From contig CM059432.1 of assembly GCA_030390025.1 (NCBI GenBank), forward strand, positions 120,530,001 through 120,594,000: DNA of 64,000 nucleotides. The letters are read 5' to 3'. This stretch comes from Squalus acanthias. Lineage: Eukaryota. A program made the position numbers and the translations under genes. Numbering within the stretch: the stretch's first letter is position 1; every line of letters begins with the position of its first letter. Shown here piece after piece: positions 51,798 through 61,957 of this stretch. Under the pieces are notes generated by a model. The model made no database searches. It was not told the origin of the DNA and saw only the letters and a list, made by a program, of their open reading frames with translations.

Positions 51798-52579
51798 AGG
51801 GGCCGCGCCCAGCTTGAGTACCTGTGTCCCCTCAGGTACGACAATTGGGGACAACCATGTGTGAAAGTACAAGTAGAACATACAAACGGGACGTGGATAC
51901 CGGAGCCTCAAACACCATGATTCACTCAGAATGTCCTGATAGTTCCCCATGGTCGTCAGGAACACCATATGTGTTAGCCGGTTTCACGGGCAACCAAAAG
52001 GCAGGGGCGGTATCAAGACCTTTAAAAGTTAAAAGTGAGAAGTCGCACAACACCAGGTTATAGTCCAAGGGGTAAAAATTCAGTTGGTTGCGCCTCCCGT
52101 TAGCGCCTTAAGAGGGCGCTAATGGGGCGCAAAGCCGCTAACGCCCGGGCGCAGCGATGTTTGCGCCGCTCGAGAACTTAACTTGAGATTGTGCGGCGGC
52201 GCTAAAACTTACCGCTGCGACCACCTGCGCGCGCAGATTGTGACGTCATTCCATGGTGCAACGCCCTTGTGGTGCCCCGGAGCGGAAATTGAGTGGCGCC
52301 CCCTGCCTTACCGCCTGGCGCTTCCAACGACCAGAAGACTGGAACGCTATCAATCGCTGTGGGGCGGGGGGGGGCGCTATTTAAAGGGGGCCTCTTCCTG
52401 TCTTTTTCTGTGGTCGACATTTATGCACCACTCGTTCTGAGAGAGAGAGAGAGATTCGGAGAGAGAGAGAGAGAGACTTCTACATTGACTCAACGCTTTG
52501 TGAGGTAGTTTTGCCTATTGATCCTAACTTTGCTGCTACTTTAGTTGCTGTCCCTCATTACTTTGCTTGCAAAGAGAAT

Positions 52580-53731
52580 ATGGGGGCTGCACTGATTGGG
52601 GGCGTCGTCCTGCTCCAGCTGAATCGGAGGATACAGAGACGCAGAGAGAGAGTGACAATGATGGCCAGACGGAGGAGGGCCATCAGGCGTATGTACAGGA
52701 GAGCTTACCCTCCCAGGGTATATCGTGAACAGCTCTCCTACATCCATATGTCCGAGGAGCTGTGTTTGCGAAGGCTGCGATTCAGCAAGGAGGTGGTCAC
52801 TGAGCTCTGCCACCTGCTGCAGCCAGATCTGCAGCCTCAACTGAGGTCCAGGACGTCTCTGTCGGTGGCAGTGAAGGTCACAGTGGCTTTGAACTTTTAC
52901 GCCACTGGCTCATTCCAAGCTGCTGCTGGGGACCTCGCAAATATCTCCCAGTTCGCAGTGCATTGCTGCATCCGGCAGGTCACAAATGCCCTCTTCAGAA
53001 GGAGACGAGAGTTCATCTCTTTCCCCATGACCCCAGACAAGCAGCGTGACCGCGCTCTGGGCTTTGCGAGGGTAGCGGGCTTCCCCATGGTGCAGGGCGC
53101 CATTGACTGCACGCATGTGACTTTGCGTGCTCCGCGTGAGAATGCCGAGGAATTCAGGAACAGAAAGGGGTCCCATTCCTTGAATGTCCAGTTGGTCTGT
53201 GACCACAGACAGCTGATACTCGCTGTCAATGCCCAGTATCCTGGCAGCTGCCACGATGCTTTTATCCTGCGCCAGACTACTGTGGCAGAATTTTTCGAGG
53301 CACCGCATCAGCCAGTTGGTTGGCTTCTCGGGGACAAGGGGTATGCATTGAGCACCTGGCTGATGACACCGCTCCGTACGCCCAACACCCCTGCTGAGCT
53401 GCAGTACAATGAGAGCCATCAAGCAACCAGGAACATTATTGAGTGCACAATCGGCGTGCTCAAGCAACGGTTCCGCTGTCTGGACCATTCCGGAGGAGCC
53501 CTGCAGTACTCGCCTGAGCGAGTATCGAACTTCGTAGTCGTGTGCTGCATGTTGCATAACATGGCAATCCTCAGGACGCAGCCAATGCCACCAGGCCTTG
53601 GAGCACCACCAGAGGAGGAGGAGGAAGAGGACGAGGACGATGATCATCAGCAGCACCAAGGCAGGAGGGCGGCCCACAATGGTCAAACTGCAAGGGCCGT
53701 CCGTCAACGGCTAATAGCAAGCCGCTTCTAG
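52580..53731 (+). CDS. Harbinger DDE transposase (HARBI1-like), 383 aa from the first ATG
   Basis: Single open frame with GAIDCTHV, HDAFIL, LLGDKGY, RNIIECTIGVLKQRFR, CCMLHN and an acidic tail. Confidence 0.95.
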   Translation: MGAALIGGVVLLQLNRRIQRRRERVTMMARRRRAIRRMYRRAYPPRVYREQLSYIHMSEELCLRRLRFSKEVVTELCHLLQPDLQPQLRSRTSLSVAVKVTVALNFYATGSFQAAAGDLANISQFAVHCCIRQVTNALFRRRREFISFPMTPDKQRDRALGFARVAGFPMVQGAIDCTHVTLRAPRENAEEFRNRKGSHSLNVQLVCDHRQLILAVNAQYPGSCHDAFILRQTTVAEFFEAPHQPVGWLLGDKGYALSTWLMTPLRTPNTPAELQYNESHQATRNIIECTIGVLKQRFRCLDHSGGALQYSPERVSNFVVVCCMLHNMAILRTQPMPPGLGAPPEEEEEEDEDDDHQQHQGRRAAHNGQTARAVRQRLIASRF

Positions 53732-54023
53732 GGCCCCTGCCATTGCTACCAACATTAATCAACCCAGCACGCAACCTCTAAGCCGGCCAAGGCACCAATA
53801 ATTCCAACCACCAACCATGTATATTTTGAATACAGAAACTTATTTATTTTACAAACTCTGTGTGTCAATTCCTCATGACAAACTCATAGAAATAAACACA
53901 AAAAAACAGTCAATAACATAACTGGTTCTCACAACCTGGAGATAATGTCCAAAACACTAAACAAAAGTTGGACCATGAACCTCGGCCTTTAATAAAAAAA
54001 TGACCAGCATTTTGTCACACCTC

Positions 54024-55792
54024 CTACTTTTTGCCCTTCGAGGGTGATCTCCTTCCCTTGCGCACTTCCCCCCTTCTAACCCTACTGCTCCTCCGTAATG
54101 GGACCTCAGTGGCTGCAGCAAGGCTGGTGGAAGGCTGCTGCTCGTCAGACCCTGACACTGCAGATGCCCCTGAAGGACGGCCTCGACCAGTTCTGGGCCT
54201 GGAGGGCCCGGCTGCAGACTGCACCAACTCTGCATGGGCGGCAGCAGTCTGTCCTACAGGCGGTGGCAAGTGCAGTGGAGAAGTGACAGTGTTGGCAGCA
54301 GGAATGCTGTCATCGTGAGAGAGGACAGCAACTCCCTGCTCGCCCGACACACTGGCACTCCCACGGGGCAGCACTTCAGCATCCGGAGCAATCTGCCAGA
54401 GAACAGATTGCTGGCCTGCTGCGGCGCGGTGACAGCCCCGGGGACATGTGCACGAACCATCGAGGTTGGCAGCAGTCTGTGCTCGCGTGGCCTCAATCTG
54501 AGTCTGTATGAGAGCAGTCAGAGATGGGATCACGGCAGCCAGTGACTGAATTGCAGCACTAAGCGTTAGTGTGGCATCCACCTGTGCCACAGCGAAGTGC
54601 TCCACACTCCTTGCCAGTGACTCAATGCATTCGGGCACCCTTCCCACTGCACCCATGAGCTCAGTGTGCATGCCCACCGCCTGGGTGTTCATTTCTGCGA
54701 TCAGCCGCTCCTCCTCTGCGTCCATTGCAGTAGGAGTGTCTGGCATACTCTCCCTCTGGGGAAAAGGCCCCCGTTCTTCCCTACCCCCCCCATGGTGTTG
54801 CTGCAGCCCGCTGGGTCCTGGAGCTTCACCCTCATCAGCCCCTTCCCCCCTGCTCCCCTCCGGGGAAGGCGTGTTCCCAGTGTGGGCATGGGCTTCCTCG
54901 GGAGAGGGTGGCACTGATGCTCCGGCTTCCTCTTCCTCCTCAGCTGCAGCATCACTCCCAGTGGCAGCTTCAGGGCCCGTCTCCTCAGCTGGTGAATCAC
55001 CATCTGAAAGCAGGGAGGTACAAGAGTGGCTTTAGCGTGAGGACAGGGTGGCAGTAAGGGAGGAATAAGTGCAGCGAGTTAGCAAGTTGGATTGAAAGTG
55101 TCAAAGGCTGGTGTTGTGAGGGACAAGTGGAAGGACAGAGGACAAAAAGGTGATGACCTTACCATTGCTGTCCAGAACGGGGTCGGCGTCTCCAGTGGCG
55201 ACGGGACCGATCACCCGGCTTGCCACAATCCTGTGGACGCGCTCCTCAAGATCGCTGAGGGGTTGCAGCTGAGGCCGCCCTCCACCTGTCCGTTGCTGCT
55301 GTCTCCTATTATGAGCCAGCTTGGCCTGCAAGAAAAAGGACAGCATCTGAGTAAATATACAGCTATGGTCTTGCCTGATGTGCCTCCCATAGGTGAATAG
55401 CCCTTACTGTATGCAAAGTGTGGAATGTGTGTGTGTGTTTGATGAAAGGGCCATAGGTGTTGGATGAGTGTTGTGCATTGGGGTTTTAAGACCCTCTGCC
55501 CATAGAGTGAGGTTGAGATGGAGGGATGGAGAGGTATTGAGAAAAAGCCACTCACCCTGACGACCCGAGTGAGGTCGTTGAACTTTTTGCGGCATTGAGT
55601 ATGGGTCCTGGGCACCATGCTCCTGGAGGAGACGCTCTGAGCCACCTCCCTCCACACTCTTCTGAACTCGCGTGGCAAAGGCCTCCTGCCACTCTCAGGG
55701 AAGAGCATACATCGTCTGCGCTCCACTGCGCCAACCAGAGCATCCAAGGCCCGCTCGGTGAGGCGATGAGCGCGTTCTCTCACCCTCTCCAT
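54024..55792 (-). CDS. Harbinger Myb/SANT-like DNA-binding protein, 3 exons (55792-55556, 55325-55163, 55003-54024), 459 aa
   Basis: Exon 1 MERVRERAHRLTERALDALV...VWREVAQSV...RTHTQCRKKFNDL; GT-AG introns (GTGAGT/TTGCAG, GTAAGG/TTTCAG); 237+163+980 = 1380 nt joins in frame to TAG. Confidence 0.9.
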
Positions 55793-56786
55793 GCTTGGCA
55801 GCAAAATGGATTCACAGGTCTCTCCAGGCCGAGATTCAAGGCTGCAATGATCAGGGTGTGGCTGGGGAGCAAGTGCCCCCCCCCACTTTAAGAAGTGGCC
55901 GGCGCCAGTGTGTCTGTGTTCCCTCGCTAACTGGCAGCAGCTGCGCTGCGCTCGCGCGCTGAGTTAGCGCCTCACTCCTTGGCCTTTGCGCCTTAAGACA
56001 GGTGTGCAGCGCCTGCTTTAGCGCTCCACTCACCTCCTGGGGCGGTAAAAGTGAAGTTTCCAGTCAGTGCCGATAATTAGCGCCAGGCGCTAATATTTGC
56101 GTCCAGACGATATTTGCGCCCCAAATGGGGCGCGACCTAATTTCTACCCCCAACAGTTTTATTTGAAATCACAAGCTTTCGGAGCTGCTGCCTCTTCGTC
56201 AGGTGAAGTGTAGGGTAAGTTAAGGTAGGGGGACTAGAATCGAAGTGGGAATGTGTTCTTATGAATTGGGATAAGGAAGGGCATGGGGTGCTAGGCTCTG
56301 ATTGGAGGCTGGCCCACAATGTGACATAATGATTGTTTGTGGGGCGCAGCAGAAGAGGATAAATCAGGAGAGGTGCGGGTAATCCCAAAGGGCAATAAAG
56401 GGGACGGTTAGAGCTGCATGATGCAACCGCAAGTGAGATGTGACTGGGAGAATAAGTTGTGGAGGCAATTTAAGAAAAGGAAAAAGAAGGGAAAAATTAA
56501 AGGTTTACCGATATAAAGTTATTAGTTTCTGTCCAAAAGAAGTAAAACACAAGGTTTGCTGAGGGAAAGGATCAGAAAAGAATGCTGGAATCTCAGTTTG
56601 TGTGAAAGTATGTGTTAAAAGTGTCGTAGTTTTCTGTCGTTGAAAGAAAGTGTCTGGTGTGTTTGTTTCAGCTCCACCCACTTTTCTGTACTGAGAGCTT
56701 GTCTTGTCTTGAATGATGGACAAGCGTGTGCTGTTTTAAGTTTGTTAATTGTTTTACAAAAGATAAGCTTCATCCTTGAAGTTAAT

Positions 56787-57548
56787 GGCCCAGAAATTGG
56801 AGTTCGAAGGTTGCCGCGGGGGTAAGGATCCCCCGCGATATCGCACTCCGCGCCTACCTTTATGGTTTTGGCCCACACGAACTTCAGTTCCTGGGCCTCT
56901 CCCTGGTGCCGGTGCGCAGTGTGTGCGTGTCCCAGAGGCGCAGTTAATTCGATGCGACCTCTGGGATCACGTGGGCCAGTTAGAGCCAATGGCAGCACAC
57001 CATCTTTCATTCATAGTTTTGACAGCAAGAGCTGTCAAAACTATGAATACAAGCCCCCAAAAGAACAGCTAAACCTCAATTAAATTTAAAAAAAAGCCAT
57101 CACATTAATAAAATAACTATAGTTAAATAAATTAACCACTTTAAACAAAAATTAAAATTTTTGAAAAAATTTAAATTCTTTTTAAAAGTTATAAAAATAA
57201 ACTTACCTTTCTTTAAAGTCTCGAAAAAAGATAAACCTGTTGAAAAAAATTTAAAATAATACTTAATTAACTACTTACCTTGTTAAAAGGGGGTCTTACG
57301 CCTGCTTTCTTTATGTGTAAAATCTTCAACACTTACCTGCGCGTTCAAACCTGAAAAAAAAACTAAGTGCGCTGCGTGCGCACAACCTGTAGCGCGCACG
57401 CGGTTCACTTAGGAACCGCCCCCTTCGCAATACCCAAAGTGCCGGTTTCCCACGCATGCGCAGTGCATGCAGGAAACTGGCACTTCGGGACCTAATACGC
57501 GAGAGTACACAGTGCGTAATCTCCCATATTAGGTCTAATTTTCGGGCC
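56787..57548 (+). mobile_element. GGCCC-TIR MITE family, copy D (762 bp)
   Basis: TIRs GGCCCAGAAATT / AATTTTCGGGCC; TSD AAT. Confidence 0.9.
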
Positions 57549-58103
57549 AATGTGCCTGGAATAAAATGAATTTGAACATGTGTGAATGTTTCTTTGTTAG
57601 TGTGTCTTCTTCCTTTGTTTTTCAAGTGATAGTGCTTAGTTTAAAATTATTGGTTTGAATTGAATTGGAGTTATTGAGGTTAATTAACCTATTAAAACCA
57701 GACTTTTATTGTGGCCACGATGAAATTCTGGTTGGTGTAAATTTGTGTGGAAGCTACTGGTTTCGGATATGTGGCAAAAACACATCAACAATTTTTGAAA
57801 AATTTTGACTAATTGTAAGTATGGGTGACCAGAAAAAAAAGGAAATGCTATTGTGTGGAGTTACTTCACAGAATGTTTAGGATTTTTTTTTTACCTGCTA
57901 AAGTGAATCGATCAGGATCTTAACAAAGATTTTAAAGGAACAAGACTTTGCAAAAGTAAAGATTTACTTGAAAGCTGTCAAGTTGTGTGACCAAACCTGA
58001 TAGTGCTGTGGAGATTGATGTCTGTGTTTGTCTTCTTTTGAAATGCAAAAGAAAGAAGTGAACTCTTTTCACAAGCAGCTGTGAACTCTGTTTTTAACTC
58101 CAT

Positions 58104-58708
58104 GTCTACCTGATACGTTGCAGTAAAGGATGCCCCAGAGCATGGTACATCGGCGAGACCATGCAGACACTGAGACAACGTATGAACGGACACCGCACAA
58201 CAATCGCCAGGCAGGAGGGTTGCCTCCCAGTCGGGGAACACTTCAGCAGTCAGGGGCATTCAGCCTCGGATCTGCGGGTAAGCGTTCTCCAAGGCAGGCC
58301 TTCGGGATACACAACAGCGCAAAATCATCGAGCAGAAACTGATAGCCAATTTCCGCACTCATGAGGATGGCCTCAATCGCGATATCGGGTTCATGTCACG
58401 ATACAGAACGTGACTTGACATCATGGCCGGTCTTTCCAGGTTTTTTTTTAAACCCAAATGGAGAGGATATGCAGCCAGCAGGTGTTTTGACACGTTGGAC
58501 CCCCTGGGACACATCTCATTGTCTTGGCTGTGCTCTTAGTGTGTCTTTGATGTAGGGAAAGATTTGAATACATTTTTCCTGTGTTTATATTGTGAATTCT
58601 GGGAGATTCTCTCACAGCTACCCTACCTGAAGAAGGAGCGACAGCTCCGAAAGCTTGTAATTTTAAATAAATCTGTTGGACTATAACCTGGTGTTGTGCG
58701 ACTTCTCA
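58104..58708 (+). mobile_element. 5'-truncated Penelope-like retroelement: GIY-YIG endonuclease remnant plus terminal repeat with hammerhead (58624-58659)
   Basis: WYIGETMQTLRQRMNGHR...PVGEHF...H, GLNRD; 13-bp TSD TTTTTAACTCCAT (58091-58103 and 58709-58721). Confidence 0.9.
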
Positions 58709-58859
58709 TTTTTAACTCCATAAGCAGATGTGGGTTTTGTAAACATTTTGGGCATTGTTAAATTTTTAAGTTTTAAATTTGAGTGGATGGTTCCCCAAAT
58801 TGAGAGAAAGGGGTCGGAAATTGACGAGTTAACCCATTTGGCTCTTCGGAAAGCCGCAA

Positions 58860-60074
58860 TGGATTATCTGTTTTTTCTTCTAAGCAGGGGGCCAGATGAG
58901 TGTTGATGGTGCGAGATTACCAGCTCCAGGATGGGGAAAGTCCTATATACACATTGAGCGCTTTGATGCTCGTAGTGGATGGGATTGAACTATATCAGGA
59001 ATCACAGCAGCTCGGAAACAGCACCAGTGGAACCATAACCTCACTGGATACAGGGTTTTCTATTGTAAATGAGATGAATGTAACAATTAAAAATCAAACT
59101 ATAACAGGTTATAATTGGACAGCGAGGGTAACGGAGCAGAGGGTGCATGAGGGGTAAAGGATTTGTTTAAAATGCTCAAATGAGACTACTCCAAATGGGA
59201 CGATCCTAGAACTTCGGTTTGCACTGGGTGAGACCACAAATAACCTGAGATTGAGGAAGGCAAGAGGAATTGTAGCTACCCCGTTAATTGATGGGACAAG
59301 TTACTGTTGGACAAATTTCTGATCAAGTAATCACATAGGAGTATATATGTGTGTAAGCAGAAATTTCTCCCATGATGATCCTCATATTAAAAATCATTAT
59401 GATATTCAATGTCCTGATCAGTCCAAAGAAGCCATTCAATTAAAGGCGAAAGAGAAACCAATGCCACCCGGGAGTTAAGAGTGCCCACCCCATTCCCTGC
59501 TCCGATTAACGGATTGGTGTTGGTTCCAAGTGAGTTGTCAATGTTACATGATGTTCTATTAGATGCAAGGGAGGTTATTATCAATATGTCTGGTATCTAA
59601 CAGTACAGTACTATGTGTATTAAACCTAAAAGGATGGTAAAAATCAGGAACAGGACTATTCTGCCTTTAATGGATCAGAATCCAATGCATGTTAAGGCAT
59701 CAACTGAGATAGATGATTTGGAGAAATACTTGTCCATTTTTGGATATGAGTTACCTTGGATGAATGAAAATCTCACTGAGTTTGTGAAATGGATTGGAGA
59801 AGTGGGAAGGACATTCTCAGTATTAAAAGGGCGGAATGATGCTAATGCCAGAATAATAATCTCGTTAATGAACGAGACGACATCTTGGTGGGATTTAGGA
59901 TTTAATCGTATAGACTTAGCTCCATGGGTACGACTGTGCTCACAAGCTCTATTATGGTTGCAGCTAGTGTGTGTGATCATGTTTATGTGGGAGTGGGGAA
60001 TGCTGGCAAGACGTAACCAAAGAAAGAACAAGGGAAGACAATTTAGGCATACGAGGGGACTGTTACAGAATTAG
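58860..60074 (+). pseudogene. Env-like glycoprotein remnant
   Basis: Located just upstream of the PPT and 3' LTR; many N-x-S/T sequons; RKAR furin-like site near 59255; WWD motif followed by a hydrophobic segment and a basic tail; several stops. Confidence 0.6.
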
Positions 60075-61288
60075 CTTTGAATAATGTGAAATGGGGTATA
60101 GATATTGTATTATAGGGGATAAAAGGGAACTATGTCCAATTGGAATACATACTGCTCCAACTCTGGTGAAATGTCTGCACATGAATAAATATGAGGGACA
60201 TTTGAGGGAGGATTGTCAGATTCTGAAAAGTGTAATAAAACCGCTGCTACCGTGTGGAGATCGAAATTGCGAACAAATTGTAAAATGATAACGGATGGGT
60301 TTAAAATGTAGGAAATCAGCATGTGTTCTTTGTTTGTGAAGACACAAAATGGTGGTCAGTATGTGTTCTTTGTTTGAGAGGTCACATGGACAAGAAGGGA
60401 GAACATGATTGACAGGGAAGTCCCGCCCTCATACATCTCACAGGAACAGGAATGTGTCATGCGGAAGGAACTCCAATCAGGGAAGGTTTGGAGTGGAACT
60501 GACCTATCCAAGGGAGGCAGAGAGTAATTTACGTTCAACGAGGCCTAATAAGCCAGTGGCGGGAGTTTTCAGAGTTTTAGAAGAACACAGAAGACAGAGC
60601 AGGAGGAAGATTGAAATGAGAAAGCTGGCCAGTCTATGTTTTGACTTACAATTTCCCTTGACCGATCACCCAGAAATGAAAGAGTATGTATGAAAGTCAG
60701 ACATAAGCTTAGATGGTGTTAAAGGGGGTACTTTTATGTACGTTTGAATTGTTAAGGGGGTACTTTTATGTAAGTTTGAATTAATAGGTTGCAGGCATAT
60801 TTATTGCCGAGAGTTCTTTGAATTTATTGCCAAAGGTTTTTCTATGCACACTCAAATTTTGAACTATAGTGTGAATAAAGACCAATTTTATTGATCACAT
60901 CCTTGTCTGTCATTGTTAAGCTAATTCGTAATTCTCGAGGTCCGAACAGTAGCAAGAGAAAGTCTTACAGCATCAGATCAGTGTTGCATGCTGATGACTT
61001 CATGATCTGCCTGCTCTGCATGCTGCCGGTGGTCATTAGGTGTGCACGCGCAAACCCATTCAATTAAATGGCATCCAGCGCACTTCCCGCCGCAAGTGTG
61101 CATGCGTATTTCAGACACCTTTTCCGAGTGTTAGGAGCCCAATTTCTCCCCCCATATTTTTGTGCACTTCAAATATTTTATGATTGTAGTGTGACAATTT
61201 TTATTTGCAGTTCAATTTTGTTCCTGCAGTTTTAGAAAGAAAGTATTACAATAAGCTCGAACATACTAAAAAACAAGCAACAAATAAA

Positions 61289-61444
61289 GGGGTTGAATTT
61301 CAGTGGAGGATCTCCCGGGAACTCCACAGAAAACCTGGAGAAATGGAGCAAATGGTTTTTACCACTATTTCTCCGGGGGTTCCATTTATCTTCTGCCGAA
61401 GTTACAGCAGACAAATGGGAGAACCCACACGGCAATTTGACCCC
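61289..61444. mobile_element. Small Harbinger-like fold-back MITE
   Basis: TIRs GGGGTTGAATT / AATTTGACCCC; TSD AAA. Confidence 0.7.
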
Positions 61445-61957
61445 AAAATGTCAGCAATTAATCTTTTCTGGGATTGGGGAATGCCTCTGACCTCACCACA
61501 AAATGAATCTCATGTCCTCGGCACTCATATCCACCTTTAAGCCATCTTTAAATTTGCCACTGCCGCAAACTGGAGTTTTGTGTATTTAGGTTTTTTTCCC
61601 CTTTGTAATAAAAATGATCAAATGTTGGGTATACCATGGTTTTGGTAATACCATGCCTACTTCCAGCTGAACTCTCAGCCTAACTCTTTGTTTTCATGTG
61701 TTCTGAAGTCTATATTATGGGGTTGTCAGCTTTTTGAGTCTGTGTCAGCTATTTTAAAGCTGTTCATCAGCTTTTCCTAGTTTCTAAGGTTGTCATATAT
61801 ATTTTCTGTTGAGAAATAACCTCTTTATTTTACTGTCTAGGTAATAAGACCTGGATTTGTGTGTAAATTTGGTTGGATCTCAGAGAAGATGCACTGTCAC
61901 ACAATACCCTAGACCCAAAATAAAGGCACTAAGGTATGTATAGTCATTGAATATTAT

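Larger units (their letters stand above)
52069..56150. mobile_element. Apparently intact autonomous PIF/Harbinger transposon (4082 bp)
   Basis: TIRs GGGGTAAAAATT / AATTTCTACCCC; TSD CAA; two uninterrupted convergent genes. Confidence 0.96.
52033..56216 (-). mobile_element. About 100-bp Penelope terminal-repeat fragment with hammerhead (56169-56206), interrupted by the intact Harbinger
   Basis: 7-bp TSD AAGTTAA (52026-52032 and 56217-56223); near-identical to the repeat at 37606-38591. Confidence 0.88.
51798..56330 (+). pseudogene. Retropepsin (aspartic protease) remnant split by the Penelope/Harbinger insertion (51798-52032 plus 56224-~56330)
   Basis: VDTGAS motif; the frame resumes across the AAGTTAA duplication as ...RPLKVK/VGGLESKWECVL...GVLGSDW. 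Confidence 0.75.
49353..60969 (+). mobile_element. Retrovirus-like LTR element: LTR-PBS-gag-pro-(no RT/IN)-env-PPT-LTR
   Basis: LTRs 49353-50105 and 60214-60969 (TG...CA); 4-bp TSD GCAT; PBS TGGCGACCACAAAGGGAC (tRNA-Arg type); PPT GAGGGAGGA. Confidence 0.93.
42631..61152. mobile_element. Degenerate Harbinger element expanded to 18.5 kb by CR1 and LTR-element insertions
   Basis: TIRs GGGGGAGAAGTTGG / CCAATTTCTCCCCC; TSD CAC/CAT. Myb remnant on + (RTWIQCRKKFNDLTRVIK|GTGAGT at 43178; exon 3 ~43364-47722). Transposase pseudogene on -. Confidence 0.85.

Noticed and set aside
52580..53731. Domesticated host gene HARBI1
   Set aside because: It is flanked by TIRs and a TSD, paired with a Myb gene and nested inside other TEs, so it is a transposon gene.
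52033..58708. A single 6.7-kb element bounded by inverted Penelope repeats
   Set aside because: Each repeat has its own TSD and the protease frame resumes at 56224, so these are two independent insertions.
61841..61933. Exon-like segment (CTGTCTAG...AAG|GTATGT)
   Set aside because: Stops in all three frames; it could only be a non-coding exon, which cannot be supported from sequence alone.
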